Below, one piece after another: positions 38,217 through 47,309 of a DNA stretch of 64,000 nt. Numbering within the stretch: position 1 is the stretch's first letter; each line of letters begins with the position of its first letter. Source of the DNA: Bythopirellula sp. (GTDB lineage: Bacteria; Planctomycetota; Planctomycetia; Pirellulales; Lacipirellulaceae); NCBI GenBank assembly GCA_965216565.1, contig OZ244170.1, positions 384,001-448,000 of the forward strand, read 5' to 3'. A model generated the notes under the pieces. That model was not told the DNA's origin, searched no databases, and saw only the letters and a list, made by a program, of their open reading frames with translations. The translations under genes and the position numbers were made by a program.

Positions 38217-38537
38217 AGGGTATATCTCCAAAAAAATGTTTGTCCTTTTGCCCTTTTGCAAAGGACAAACATTTACCGCTACCCGTAACAACTATGAGAA
38301 AAGCGAAATGGGCGTGTTATGCAACACGTGTGTACTAGCCAGCATAATGCTGATGTAGGGCCAGCTTGAAATGACGAAGCTGAGCAAGGCGTTATGGAGG
38401 ATGCTATGCAGGTCTTAAAAGGCACAAAAGGAAGTGAGTCTCGGCGGGACGATTCAACGCGAGCCGTAGAGCCTAAGGGGACTGCCGTTGAAGGGGCACT
38501 GTTTGAGCGGCTAACTGAAAGTAAAATTGGAGACCTT

Positions 38538-38825
38538 ATGTGCGAGGGACGATGCCTAAGGGACTACATATCTCATCAAACAAGTGATGGAATCTCAGTT
38601 GTGACTGATAGTGATTTGATGATTTTCTTACACGGGGAGCAGAATTGGTTCCGTGTCGATTTCGATGAAACAGCGGCTGACATCAATGATTGGGTAAAGA
38701 AAAACGACGGGTTCTACTACGAGTATTCAGCACCGAGTTACCAGGGGCAGGGGCATCGTGACACAGCGATTGCAGAGGCCCGCGAACAAGGTAGAAAAGT
38801 TGTCGTGATTTGCAATTTAGGCTAA
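38538..38825 (+). CDS. Hypothetical protein
   Basis: RBS GGAG before ATG 38538; the ORF track extends it to 38394. Confidence 0.55.
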   Translation: MCEGRCLRDYISHQTSDGISVVTDSDLMIFLHGEQNWFRVDFDETAADINDWVKKNDGFYYEYSAPSYQGQGHRDTAIAEAREQGRKVVVICNLG

Positions 38826-38845
38826 TCGCCGGAGAGTCGCGTTGC

Positions 38846-41071
38846 TTATTTACTAAGCTGAAAAGCACCTGGCACTTCTTTTCCAGCTCGCTCAGCATCC
38901 GAGACGTGATGAAAGGTTAGATAAGCCTTCTTATCTTTTCGATTGATTTTGAGCAACGTTCCATACTCACGATATTGGTCAAAGATAGTTCCGAGAGTAG
39001 GATTCGAGTTGCCAAGTGGCACACCTACGCAATGGGGCCTTGGTAGTTTCTGGTGATAACCGAGCACGTGCGGTTTGATATTTTTATTTGAGCCCATAGT
39101 CATACCGTAGGTGACGATGGCTGCTTTTTCTGCGTCACGGGAACGTTGGAAAGTAACGTATGAAGAGGCGAGATCTGGTGAGTCTCTATCCTTTACTAAG
39201 TTTATCTCATCAATCACGCCGAATCGGCCAAGCTCATCTCGTAGTAGATCTTCAGTGACATCGGGAGGAAGTTTATGAATACAAATGCAACTGCGAGTGG
39301 AATGAATAACAGAGAGACGATGTTGGGCACGTGAGGCAGCAAGATACCAATAGGTTTTGGGACTTCCTTTGAGTCTCGAAGGATGTTGGTAGTCAATAAC
39401 GATGATGCAATCAGCTTCTAAACCTTTGACCTGCCCGCCAACTAAATACCGCACTTGGGTATTGTTGCGGGGACGAGAAGCTTCTACTAGTTGTGGATTC
39501 TTGAGTGTGCTAAGCGATGTATCTTTAAGGGGTCTTCGTCCGACTACTAGTATTTGCGATGAGAGAAATCCTTGCTCTTGATAATGTTTTAGGTGTGCAG
39601 CTAATGCATGTCGTTGGTCGCACGGGTCAACTTCGTCTTCAAGAGGGGGCTCACCAGCAGGGGCGTCATCGTTGGGTCGCGACTCAACATTGACGGCCTC
39701 ATAAATGTAGCGAGCAATGGCCTTTGTATTGCGGTAGTTCTTATCCCATTTCATTCGAAACATGTCGGGAGGTAAACTAAGTCTATCTCGATAAGATTGT
39801 TTGCCCTGAAAAAAGAACTGGCGAAAGTTCTGGTCAGGGTCGTAAAATATACACAGACGACCATTTTTACCGTGTTTTAGTAGCAATGGGTCTTCAATTA
39901 GTGTCCACCAATCGTTCTCAAAATCCTGCCCTTCGTCGATTATGATCTGATCGTATGTTGTGTAAGGAGTGCCTTCTCGCTGCAATGAGTCGAGACATTC
40001 GTAACAGAGCATAAGCGCCTGAGTGGAGTAAAACTCTCTAAGTTCACCTGGGTCATCAGGTTCAATCCATTCGCTTGCTCTTCCAGCGGCGGTGATGACT
40101 GCTTTACAGAAAGTATGGAATGAAAATACGTCAACATACTTACAGCCAGAAAGTTGTGAGGCAATCCACTCTGCAAGATTCTGGTTGAAGGTAAGGAATA
40201 GAACTCGCTCAGCTTTTTTATTTAGCTCATGTGCATAAGAGAGGGCAGCGACTGTTTTACCTGACCCCGCAACTCCCTGTATCAATCGACGAGGTTCATC
40301 AATGGCGTATAGAAAGTCCTCCACCCTTTGTTTGAGTGAGCCGAATCGTTCTTTTTCAACTGATACGGGGTCGGGAGCAGTCTCTAAGGTCCAATCACCT
40401 AGTAGAGCGGTCTTAACGAGATTGAATTCATCTCGGGTAAGCGGTTGTGGCATCGGTTTGTTGAAGTAGCGATAAGCACCACGTATCCAGCCCTCAAAGC
40501 TTTCTTGGCTATTTGCATCTTCGTGCAGCATCGTTATGGCAAGGTCACCTGCTGAGCCCACTGATTGGTACTTTATGGCAATCTCTGATTGAACGGCGGG
40601 GTCGGTGAATGACTTTTGGCTCTCTAAGGCAAATTCCCGAGACCGAGTTTGCCTCACATTGGGCAGTGCAATAGCGAAACCGTGTGGGACACCGCGTGTT
40701 CTAAACCACGCCCGTCCCTTACCAAGTGTTGCCATGTATTGGTTGATCTTGGTAATAAACCCAAACTTCGTTGTGGCTGCTTGTTTGAATGGGTCTTTTT
40801 CTAAGGGATGCTCATTCTGATACCAACTACCATCTTTACACCTTACAAAGCCTGTTTTTGCCTCAACTAAAAGAAGTCCCAATTGCCGGTGCAGGAGTAA
40901 GAAGTCTGCTTCTCCGTCTCGTAGGCGGTCACTATGGTCTGGAAACAAGACCTGCTGGCTATGGAGCACAAGAAACTCATCGCTAAGAGCGTTCTCAAAT
41001 ACAGGAAATAGGAGCCTCTCAGCATGGCTGCCTGAGGAGTGTATGTACTCCTTTGGAATCATACGAGCCAT
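38846..41071 (-). CDS. NERD nuclease + SF1 (UvrD-like) helicase + C-terminal RRM-like domains
   Basis: GEADFLLL...LVEAK; GVAGSGKT, DEGQD, NYRN, KGLE, ASRA; IHKLPPDVTEDLLRDELGRFG...YVTF. Confidence 0.88.
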   Translation of the reverse strand: MARMIPKEYIHSSGSHAERLLFPVFENALSDEFLVLHSQQVLFPDHSDRLRDGEADFLLLHRQLGLLLVEAKTGFVRCKDGSWYQNEHPLEKDPFKQAATTKFGFITKINQYMATLGKGRAWFRTRGVPHGFAIALPNVRQTRSREFALESQKSFTDPAVQSEIAIKYQSVGSAGDLAITMLHEDANSQESFEGWIRGAYRYFNKPMPQPLTRDEFNLVKTALLGDWTLETAPDPVSVEKERFGSLKQRVEDFLYAIDEPRRLIQGVAGSGKTVAALSYAHELNKKAERVLFLTFNQNLAEWIASQLSGCKYVDVFSFHTFCKAVITAAGRASEWIEPDDPGELREFYSTQALMLCYECLDSLQREGTPYTTYDQIIIDEGQDFENDWWTLIEDPLLLKHGKNGRLCIFYDPDQNFRQFFFQGKQSYRDRLSLPPDMFRMKWDKNYRNTKAIARYIYEAVNVESRPNDDAPAGEPPLEDEVDPCDQRHALAAHLKHYQEQGFLSSQILVVGRRPLKDTSLSTLKNPQLVEASRPRNNTQVRYLVGGQVKGLEADCIIVIDYQHPSRLKGSPKTYWYLAASRAQHRLSVIHSTRSCICIHKLPPDVTEDLLRDELGRFGVIDEINLVKDRDSPDLASSYVTFQRSRDAEKAAIVTYGMTMGSNKNIKPHVLGYHQKLPRPHCVGVPLGNSNPTLGTIFDQYREYGTLLKINRKDKKAYLTFHHVSDAERAGKEVPGAFQLSK

Positions 41072-41639
41072 CGGATTTCACCGCGACTAGAGGAAGATTT
41101 GATGGGATATGTGAGAGTAGGGACCGGGATGTTAGCCTAGTCCAATTTAAGCTAAGCCGTTTTAGATAACCAGTAATGTCTGGTTTGAAATCATATGGAA
41201 TTGGGCGATTTACGGAGTCAATGTAGGCAGTGAATTAGCTTCGTTTTGTTAGGGGGCTCAGCCATTTGATATACTGGTCCTTTCTCAGTTCGTCTGTAAT
41301 CAACCATGTTGTATCGCAACATACTGCCTAGTAAATGGTACCAAGTGATTTCCTGCTGCAATTAGTTTAGTTCCTTCCCGAACGGCTCAAAAATCACCGA
41401 CATTATCCACTTTGGTGTGATCTGTATTTACTTAGGAGTGTGCGAAGGAATAGTTGTAATATTGCTCGAAAGCGAGAGAATAGGGGATGCGAGCCGTGGC
41501 TGCTGTGGATGATTATTCCACCTGACGAAATACTTGATTGAGGCAAAGCATGATGGGCGACGAATACGACGTATTGGTCTTATTGGAACACGCGAAACGT
41601 GATGCACTGTTTGGGGTATAGCCTTCGGGGTTCGCACCA

Positions 41640-42458
41640 ATGGAAATAATCGACAACTATAAATACGAGTGTGGAGCAATTGGCGAGAAGGAGTCTGGTA
41701 CGGTTGTCATTAGTGATGTGAATCTGGACTCTCGGGGTCTTCGAGCCGTAGAACACCAACGGTCTGATCAGACATTCTTCTGGGATGTGCCAATAGAACG
41801 AAAAGATATAGTAAGCTCGTTTGACGGCTTACATCCCGACGCATATGGGTTTCGAGACTCGGGAGACGGCGAATACTCTGAGAACGTGCGGGCACTTTAC
41901 GAAGAGTGGGAGCTTGAAGACAGAGTGGAATACACATGGCTGCAAGCAGCGATTAGGTATGAAGTTTTCTCGCACCTTTTGGAAGTTCGGGCACCATGTG
42001 TTGCAAGAACACTTGGTATGATCGCGGAACGACAACGGCATCAGGCTCTTGATATTACTGAAGCCGATTTCTCTGGTGATACGGTACCGCTAGCCGTCGA
42101 TAGAGTGAGAATAGATAAGGCTTTGGCACATCTGCTAAGAATATTTGGTCAAGAGGGTTGTGAAAGGGACCTAATGCGGGTCTCAGATAAGCAATATCGA
42201 CAAGCTATGGCCCAATCAATTGAAGAAGTCGCAGACTCGCTTAGTCCAGAGGCTGCACAAGAGTATGTGGATGCTCTAGCATCCCTGACCGAGGGAATCT
42301 TTCATGGAGAGAAAGAGCCTGATAACTATACTCCAGAATTGCTCTTCCCTCTGATGGAATGTTTGAAAGATCAAGATAAAGTTGTCGATATGACAGAAAT
42401 CGTAAAACACTTGAGCTTAGATTCTTTCACACTGGAATCTCGCAAGAAACGCGATTAA
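41640..42458 (+). CDS. Acidic hypothetical protein
   Basis: 272-aa ORF, first of four co-oriented genes. Confidence 0.75.
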   Translation: MEIIDNYKYECGAIGEKESGTVVISDVNLDSRGLRAVEHQRSDQTFFWDVPIERKDIVSSFDGLHPDAYGFRDSGDGEYSENVRALYEEWELEDRVEYTWLQAAIRYEVFSHLLEVRAPCVARTLGMIAERQRHQALDITEADFSGDTVPLAVDRVRIDKALAHLLRIFGQEGCERDLMRVSDKQYRQAMAQSIEEVADSLSPEAAQEYVDALASLTEGIFHGEKEPDNYTPELLFPLMECLKDQDKVVDMTEIVKHLSLDSFTLESRKKRD

Positions 42459-42472
42459 AGAAAGTAGAATCA

Positions 42473-43192
42473 ATGGTGAATTACCACGAACTGCTGGGAC
42501 TAAATAAAAACGCTTCACTAGAAGAGGTGAAAGCGAACTATCGGAAGTTGTGCCTTGAGAATCATCCAGATCGTGAGGCAGGGAATGAAGAGCGGTTCAG
42601 AGAAGTACAAGCAGCTTTTGAAGTTCTCATAGAAGAAGTGAGTGGAAATGTTGCTGAGGAACCTGAGGAAGAAGAACCGAAGCCTGTGCCACTTGAGGAC
42701 AACGACAAACTCGTGTGGCCGAGAAGGCCTAAACACGGCCCTTTCAAAAAGATTCGCTTTGAATCATTTTTTGACTGGAATACCTGGTACGGAGACGAAA
42801 AGGCCTATGGTCCTAGTATGAAGCTTCCCTCGAACTGCTCAATTGGCTCTCTGTGGTTAATTGAAGATGGAAACGTGTGCGAGCAGTGGGATAGGTTCTA
42901 CAACTTTAGTGCAATGAAATCTTTTACCCCCCTGGGTGAACAGACGCCAATTGTAGATGGGGAATGGTCAGTCTTTGAGTCGAGCCATAATGGAACTTTC
43001 TTTATTGGAACAGGTAGTGGTGAAACTCCTAGAGTGCGAGTGCTGGCGAGGGGACATAAAGATGAGAATTCAGCATGGGTGGTGAATCAGTCTTATCTAT
43101 ATCGCTACATGAACAGTGCATGGTGGGAGCAGAGAGTGCAATTGGATGAAGCTGAGCGTACGTTTTACAAGGAACTAGGAATGGATATGTGA
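42473..43192 (+). CDS. J-domain (DnaJ-like) protein with unknown C-terminal domain
   Basis: NYHELLGL...EVKANYRKL...HPD...F.EV..AFEVL. Confidence 0.9.
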   Translation: MVNYHELLGLNKNASLEEVKANYRKLCLENHPDREAGNEERFREVQAAFEVLIEEVSGNVAEEPEEEEPKPVPLEDNDKLVWPRRPKHGPFKKIRFESFFDWNTWYGDEKAYGPSMKLPSNCSIGSLWLIEDGNVCEQWDRFYNFSAMKSFTPLGEQTPIVDGEWSVFESSHNGTFFIGTGSGETPRVRVLARGHKDENSAWVVNQSYLYRYMNSAWWEQRVQLDEAERTFYKELGMDM

Positions 43193-43217
43193 GAGTCGTG
43201 GTAGATGGGAAAATCTG

Positions 43218-43643
43218 ATGGAAGATCTTAGATGCGGGCCAATTCTGTTTGTGAGAGAGGATGGGGAGATTAAGTTCTTCTTAGTCCGAGATGAGCATGT
43301 TGGTCTATTACTTCCATGCACCCTCCAAGAAAAGAACGAGACTGAGGTAGAGACTGCCCGTCGTCTACTATTAGAGCTAACTGGCAAAGAGGCACTTAAG
43401 AGTTACGAGACTCAGCCAATTAGAAACGAATACGTTTCAAATATTGGAGGAGAAAAGTTGCTTAGGAAAATGGAATTCTACGTCTATGAATTTAGTGATG
43501 TAGAGCTTTATCTACAACGTGATTGTCTTGTCGAATATAGTTGGATAAGTCATCAGAGTGTTCGGGATTCGTTAGGAGAGAGCCGGGTAGTTGAGATTCT
43601 TGACGATGCTTTGCGTGTTCTTGGGCAGGAGCCATCGGTCTAG
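43218..43643 (+). CDS. Nudix-fold protein with degenerate Nudix box
   Basis: LPCTLQEKNETEVETARRLLLELTG versus consensus Gx5Ex7REUxEExGU. Confidence 0.7.
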   Translation: MEDLRCGPILFVREDGEIKFFLVRDEHVGLLLPCTLQEKNETEVETARRLLLELTGKEALKSYETQPIRNEYVSNIGGEKLLRKMEFYVYEFSDVELYLQRDCLVEYSWISHQSVRDSLGESRVVEILDDALRVLGQEPSV

Positions 43644-43675
43644 TAAAACTCTTTAATTGAACAGAGTGAGAGTAG

Positions 43676-44074
43676 GTGAGGAATCTGATGGACTCTGACA
43701 AACAAAATTTAGAGAGCTACAAAGAGCTTCTAGGTTTACTCGAAAAACTTACTGAGATCCGAGCGAGTATGGATGCTGAAAAAGCATCTTGCTTGCCTGA
43801 TGAGTATCGGAGAAGAGGAGTATCAGACGACAGATTCTGTGAATGGCACGAAGAACATCTCGAGTACGGCAAAAAAACAGACACTGAACTTGAGAGTTCC
43901 TATCTTTTCTTTGAGCTTCGCGATGCAGCACAGCCTCTCCTTAAGGCCATAAGAGAACACCCGGCATGGGTGAATTTTTATGAAATGAAAGGGATGTTTG
44001 ATGAGTTCCAGCAGTTAAGTACTCCAAAGAAAAGTGCTGATGTTGTGGAGCCGGACAATGAGTGTCCGTTTTAG
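43676..44074 (+). CDS. Acidic helical hypothetical protein
   Basis: 132-aa ORF ending VEPDNECPF. Confidence 0.7.
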   Translation: MRNLMDSDKQNLESYKELLGLLEKLTEIRASMDAEKASCLPDEYRRRGVSDDRFCEWHEEHLEYGKKTDTELESSYLFFELRDAAQPLLKAIREHPAWVNFYEMKGMFDEFQQLSTPKKSADVVEPDNECPF

Positions 44075-44118
44075 CAGACGTATAGGGACTGCTTGAAACG
44101 GGCTCAATCATACCGTAG

Positions 44119-44160
44119 AACGAACATTGGGAGAGCCCTTAGCTGTGTTCGTTTTTTCTT
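44119..44160 (+). terminator. Probable terminator of the four-gene operon
   Basis: AACGAACA / TGTTCGTT arms with an inner hairpin and a T run. Confidence 0.55.
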
Positions 44161-44414
44161 TTCGTCTCTCAGGGTGCCATAGGGGATTGCTCGGCTAATA
44201 ACTCAGACTTCGTGACTATCTCACAATGTTCTGTTGCTGAGACACATTGCCTAAAGAGTTTCCACTGATGGCGGATAGTCGCGTTCCGTTAGGGGCTCTC
44301 TCGTTAATTTATTGTAGCTCCATTCCGAATCGTGTTACCTTAAATGGATGCAAGAGAAACTTACGGTTTTTCTCTTTTGATAGCCACACCTATTCGTCAA
44401 GTACTTATAGGCTA

Positions 44415-45032
44415 CTACTTAGTAGCTGTGCCAAAAAGAACAGCCGATGCCACGCCACTCCCTCGACGACGAAGAAGTATACGCTTTCTGATGAGCCATG
44501 ACTCTTGCTCTATAGCCTCCATGCAAACAGGGTTAAATGCGATCAATTGAATTTCTCTGGGATTGGCTTCAATCGAATCTCTAATGTTATTTAACACACC
44601 ATGCAACGTTGGTCCTCCGAAAGGATTAAAGAAGAAAAAGATTGTTCCCTCCCGTATTTCAAAAGTCGCTGCATCACCATGATGTATTTCAATCTCAGTC
44701 CGTCGCACCCTAAGTCGCCGAGAGTTCTCCTTGGCCTTTTGTGCCCATAATGAATTGTATTCCACACCGTATACTTTTGACAGCTTGTATCTTGCGGCGA
44801 AACAAACAACACGACCAGTGCCACAACCAAAGTCGATCACTACATCGTTATTGCGGAGTAGAAGTCTGGAAAAGAGCTTGAAGAGGATCCAATAAGGAGT
44901 AGCAAGACATTCGAAGCTGTCTGGATGCGATCCCGGCTCTGAATCAATGTCTCTAGTAGATATAGCGTAAAAAGAATCAAGAACAAAGTCGTGTAGACCC
45001 ACGACTAACCTCGCAACGCTACTTATCACCAT
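44415..45032 (-). CDS. Class I SAM methyltransferase (DOT1-like), paralogue 2
   Basis: TPYW, DFGCGTGRV, GVE, GDA and FNPFGG; start reassigned to MVISS with RBS AGGAG. Confidence 0.88.
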   Translation of the reverse strand: MVISSVARLVVGLHDFVLDSFYAISTRDIDSEPGSHPDSFECLATPYWILFKLFSRLLLRNNDVVIDFGCGTGRVVCFAARYKLSKVYGVEYNSLWAQKAKENSRRLRVRRTEIEIHHGDAATFEIREGTIFFFFNPFGGPTLHGVLNNIRDSIEANPREIQLIAFNPVCMEAIEQESWLIRKRILLRRRGSGVASAVLFGTATK

Positions 45033-45048
45033 TTTTCTCCTAAGAACT

Positions 45049-45666
45049 CTACTTTGCGTTTTTATACATGACTGCCGACACTTCGCCATTTCTTCGTTTT
45101 AAGAGCACTTGTTTTTTATCTAACCAATCTTGCTCCTCAAACTGCGAGAAACAGGCAGGGTTTAGCGCGACAATACGAATAGATCGGGGCCTCTCGTGAA
45201 TCGACAGCCTTATATTCTCTATTACTCTCTTTAGGGTTCCGCCGCCAAAGGGATTAAAAAAGTAAAAAATCGTGCCGTCGATGCAGTCGAATTCGACGGC
45301 ATCCTGCTCAGCAACGACAACTTCTGAACGCCGCTTCTTGAGACGAGTCGCGTTACTTCGTGCTTGAGCTGCCCATCTTGGGTTAAGCTCTACGCCATAA
45401 ACTCTACTAAAGTGCATTCGAGCCGCGAGGCAAATCACTCTCCCTGTCCCCGCCCCAAAATCAACAAAAACATCATTCGGACCCATCACTATTCTGCTTA
45501 GAATTCGTTGGGCTACCCAGTAAGGAGTCGGAAGACATTCAAAGTGTTCCGCAGATTTCGTATTACTACTTTGTAACTCCTCTTCTAGGGTATACACACC
45601 TAGTCGATAATCCATATAGCGATTGTGGTAGCTAACAACCTTTGGATATAGTAAATTTGCTGCCAT
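45049..45666 (-). CDS. Class I SAM methyltransferase (DOT1-like), paralogue 1
   Basis: TPYW, DFGAGTGRV, GVE, QDA and FNPFGG. Confidence 0.88.
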   Translation of the reverse strand: MAANLLYPKVVSYHNRYMDYRLGVYTLEEELQSSNTKSAEHFECLPTPYWVAQRILSRIVMGPNDVFVDFGAGTGRVICLAARMHFSRVYGVELNPRWAAQARSNATRLKKRRSEVVVAEQDAVEFDCIDGTIFYFFNPFGGGTLKRVIENIRLSIHERPRSIRIVALNPACFSQFEEQDWLDKKQVLLKRRNGEVSAVMYKNAK

Positions 45667-45714
45667 TAAAAACCTCTCTCCTGTAAGCCTCGAATCATAA
45701 TAGCTCCTTTGTGG

Positions 45715-45830
45715 TCAGCCGTTTTGCTCCATAAATTCGATCTCCTCTTGGGTAATGTCTGGTAAGCGCCGAATGAAATTTACAAGCTTCCAAGCCGTTA
45801 GCTGCGTGGCACACAGCACAATGAGGGGTA
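45715..45830 (-). pseudogene. c-type cytochrome remnant
   Basis: HCAVCHAANG in one frame directly joined to WKLVNFIRRLPDITQEEIEFME in another. Confidence 0.6.
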
Positions 45831-46064
45831 CTGCCAACATGTTGCACAGCATTACATGGGATGGAGAAGGTGAGCAAACCATGGCTAAAGACCCATCATG
45901 TTTTACTTCCAAAAGGGATAGTTTTACTTCCTGAGAATTCTGAAACTCGTGAAGTATCCCTTTGATTTTACTCGTTTTTCTTCACGAGAATTATTGACAG
46001 CCAGGGCTTTGTATAGCTTAGTAGTCTCACGACTGACGCTTTGGTGTACTAATCCAACTGATAG

Positions 46065-47078
46065 TTAATTCGCTAGTTCGCCACCATCGCGAGTCGACAT
46101 AGCACGCCAGACCGCGAGGTCAATTTCGTCCGGGATAGACTGTACAGAACCATCAAGAAGGCCTACTTGTACCTGCCCCGGGTGGAAGCTTCGTGACGTA
46201 ATCATCGCGAAGGTTGGATCACCAGCACTGCCATTCTTGCCCTCTTGCCATGAGTTGTAATCCGCATCCACTTCTTCTCCGTCCATCATGTGCGGCACGA
46301 AAGTATTAGGTGTCATCGTTGCTGTGAACCCCGTGTGATGGACTCGACCATCTGGCCATTCGGTGTGACCAGTACCTTTCTCTTGAGCACCAGACTCAAC
46401 CGCAGCGACCGCTTCAGCGATGGTGTTGGGAATATCAGTTGTCGCAGGGCCACCATTACGTGTATAGGGAGTCCAGGCTTTGACTTCTGCACAAAGTAGT
46501 GTGTTGCTAGTTCCATCGGTGACGCGAGCGAGTGGCAAGTTGCTGTTTGGATAAAAGGTTCCATTCCCCCCTTCTTGAGTCGTAGGATCAAAGACGAACC
46601 AAGTACCAAGATTGAACCCATAGTTCGTAGGCCACAGTGTCGGACGGTTATCCGAAAAAGTACGGGACTCTTCGCTCTTGAAATCACTTGGACACTGAAA
46701 CACTGGGATGCGTACATCGCTAATTGCTTGTTGATCATCCCAGGCGGCTTCGATGTTCACTAAATCTCTCAAGTTGTCTTGTTCCAAATAATTGAGGATG
46801 CGACCGTGAACTCCCCAAGAACCATTGTTGCCGGTACTGGTAACACTTAGATTAACCAAAGCACTAGGAGGTAAATGTCTTCTCGCACTTTCATAGTTAA
46901 GAATTCCAATTCCCAGTTGACGTAGATTGTTCTTGCATTGACTTCGTCTAGCGGCCTCCCTAGCAGCTTGGACGGCAGGTAGCAGCAAAGCTACCAAGAC
47001 ACCAATAATCGCAATTACGACCAACAGTTCCACGAGTGTAAAACCAAGGCTATAACGCGTCTTGCTGTTGTACTTCAT
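46065..47078 (-). CDS. DUF1559 prepilin-type protein (H-X9-DG)
   Basis: [31 protein letters not shown] and SFHPG...DGSV. Confidence 0.95.
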   Translation of the reverse strand: MKYNSKTRYSLGFTLVELLVVIAIIGVLVALLLPAVQAAREAARRSQCKNNLRQLGIGILNYESARRHLPPSALVNLSVTSTGNNGSWGVHGRILNYLEQDNLRDLVNIEAAWDDQQAISDVRIPVFQCPSDFKSEESRTFSDNRPTLWPTNYGFNLGTWFVFDPTTQEGGNGTFYPNSNLPLARVTDGTSNTLLCAEVKAWTPYTRNGGPATTDIPNTIAEAVAAVESGAQEKGTGHTEWPDGRVHHTGFTATMTPNTFVPHMMDGEEVDADYNSWQEGKNGSAGDPTFAMITSRSFHPGQVQVGLLDGSVQSIPDEIDLAVWRAMSTRDGGELAN

Positions 47079-47143
47079 CTGTTCCTCTGACTGTTCTCAG
47101 GAGTTGGGGCATATTCGAGTTCCAATAGTAGATTTCTCTCCGT

Positions 47144-47159
47144 AGCAATCATCGTTCCA
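47144..47159 (-). promoter_or_regulatory. Sigma54 -24/-12 promoter
   Basis: Minus strand reads TGGAAC-GATGA-TTGCT upstream of the DUF1559 gene. Confidence 0.8.
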
Positions 47160-47243
47160 TAAGGCAATTTCACGTGCTGTTCGTTTGTAGTAGCAGTATT
47201 TATAATGAGACTTTTTAATCTGTACGATATCCATAGTTAATCG

Positions 47244-47282
47244 TGACGGTTGATTCGACACCTCGTGTCGAATGAATCGACA
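47244..47282. promoter_or_regulatory. Tandem palindromic enhancer sites (UAS)
   Basis: TGACGG-N5-TCGACA and TGTCGA-N5-TCGACA about 100 bp upstream of the sigma54 promoter. Confidence 0.7.
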
Positions 47283-47309
47283 CTCCCTTATTTACGGTAG
47301 AGGACAAAA

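Noticed and set aside
33900..38300. Repeats considered as a CRISPR array or integron attC array
   Set aside because: Only 2-3 copies per repeat type, spaced by whole genes; no cas or intI gene and no clear RYYYAAC/GTTRRRY ends
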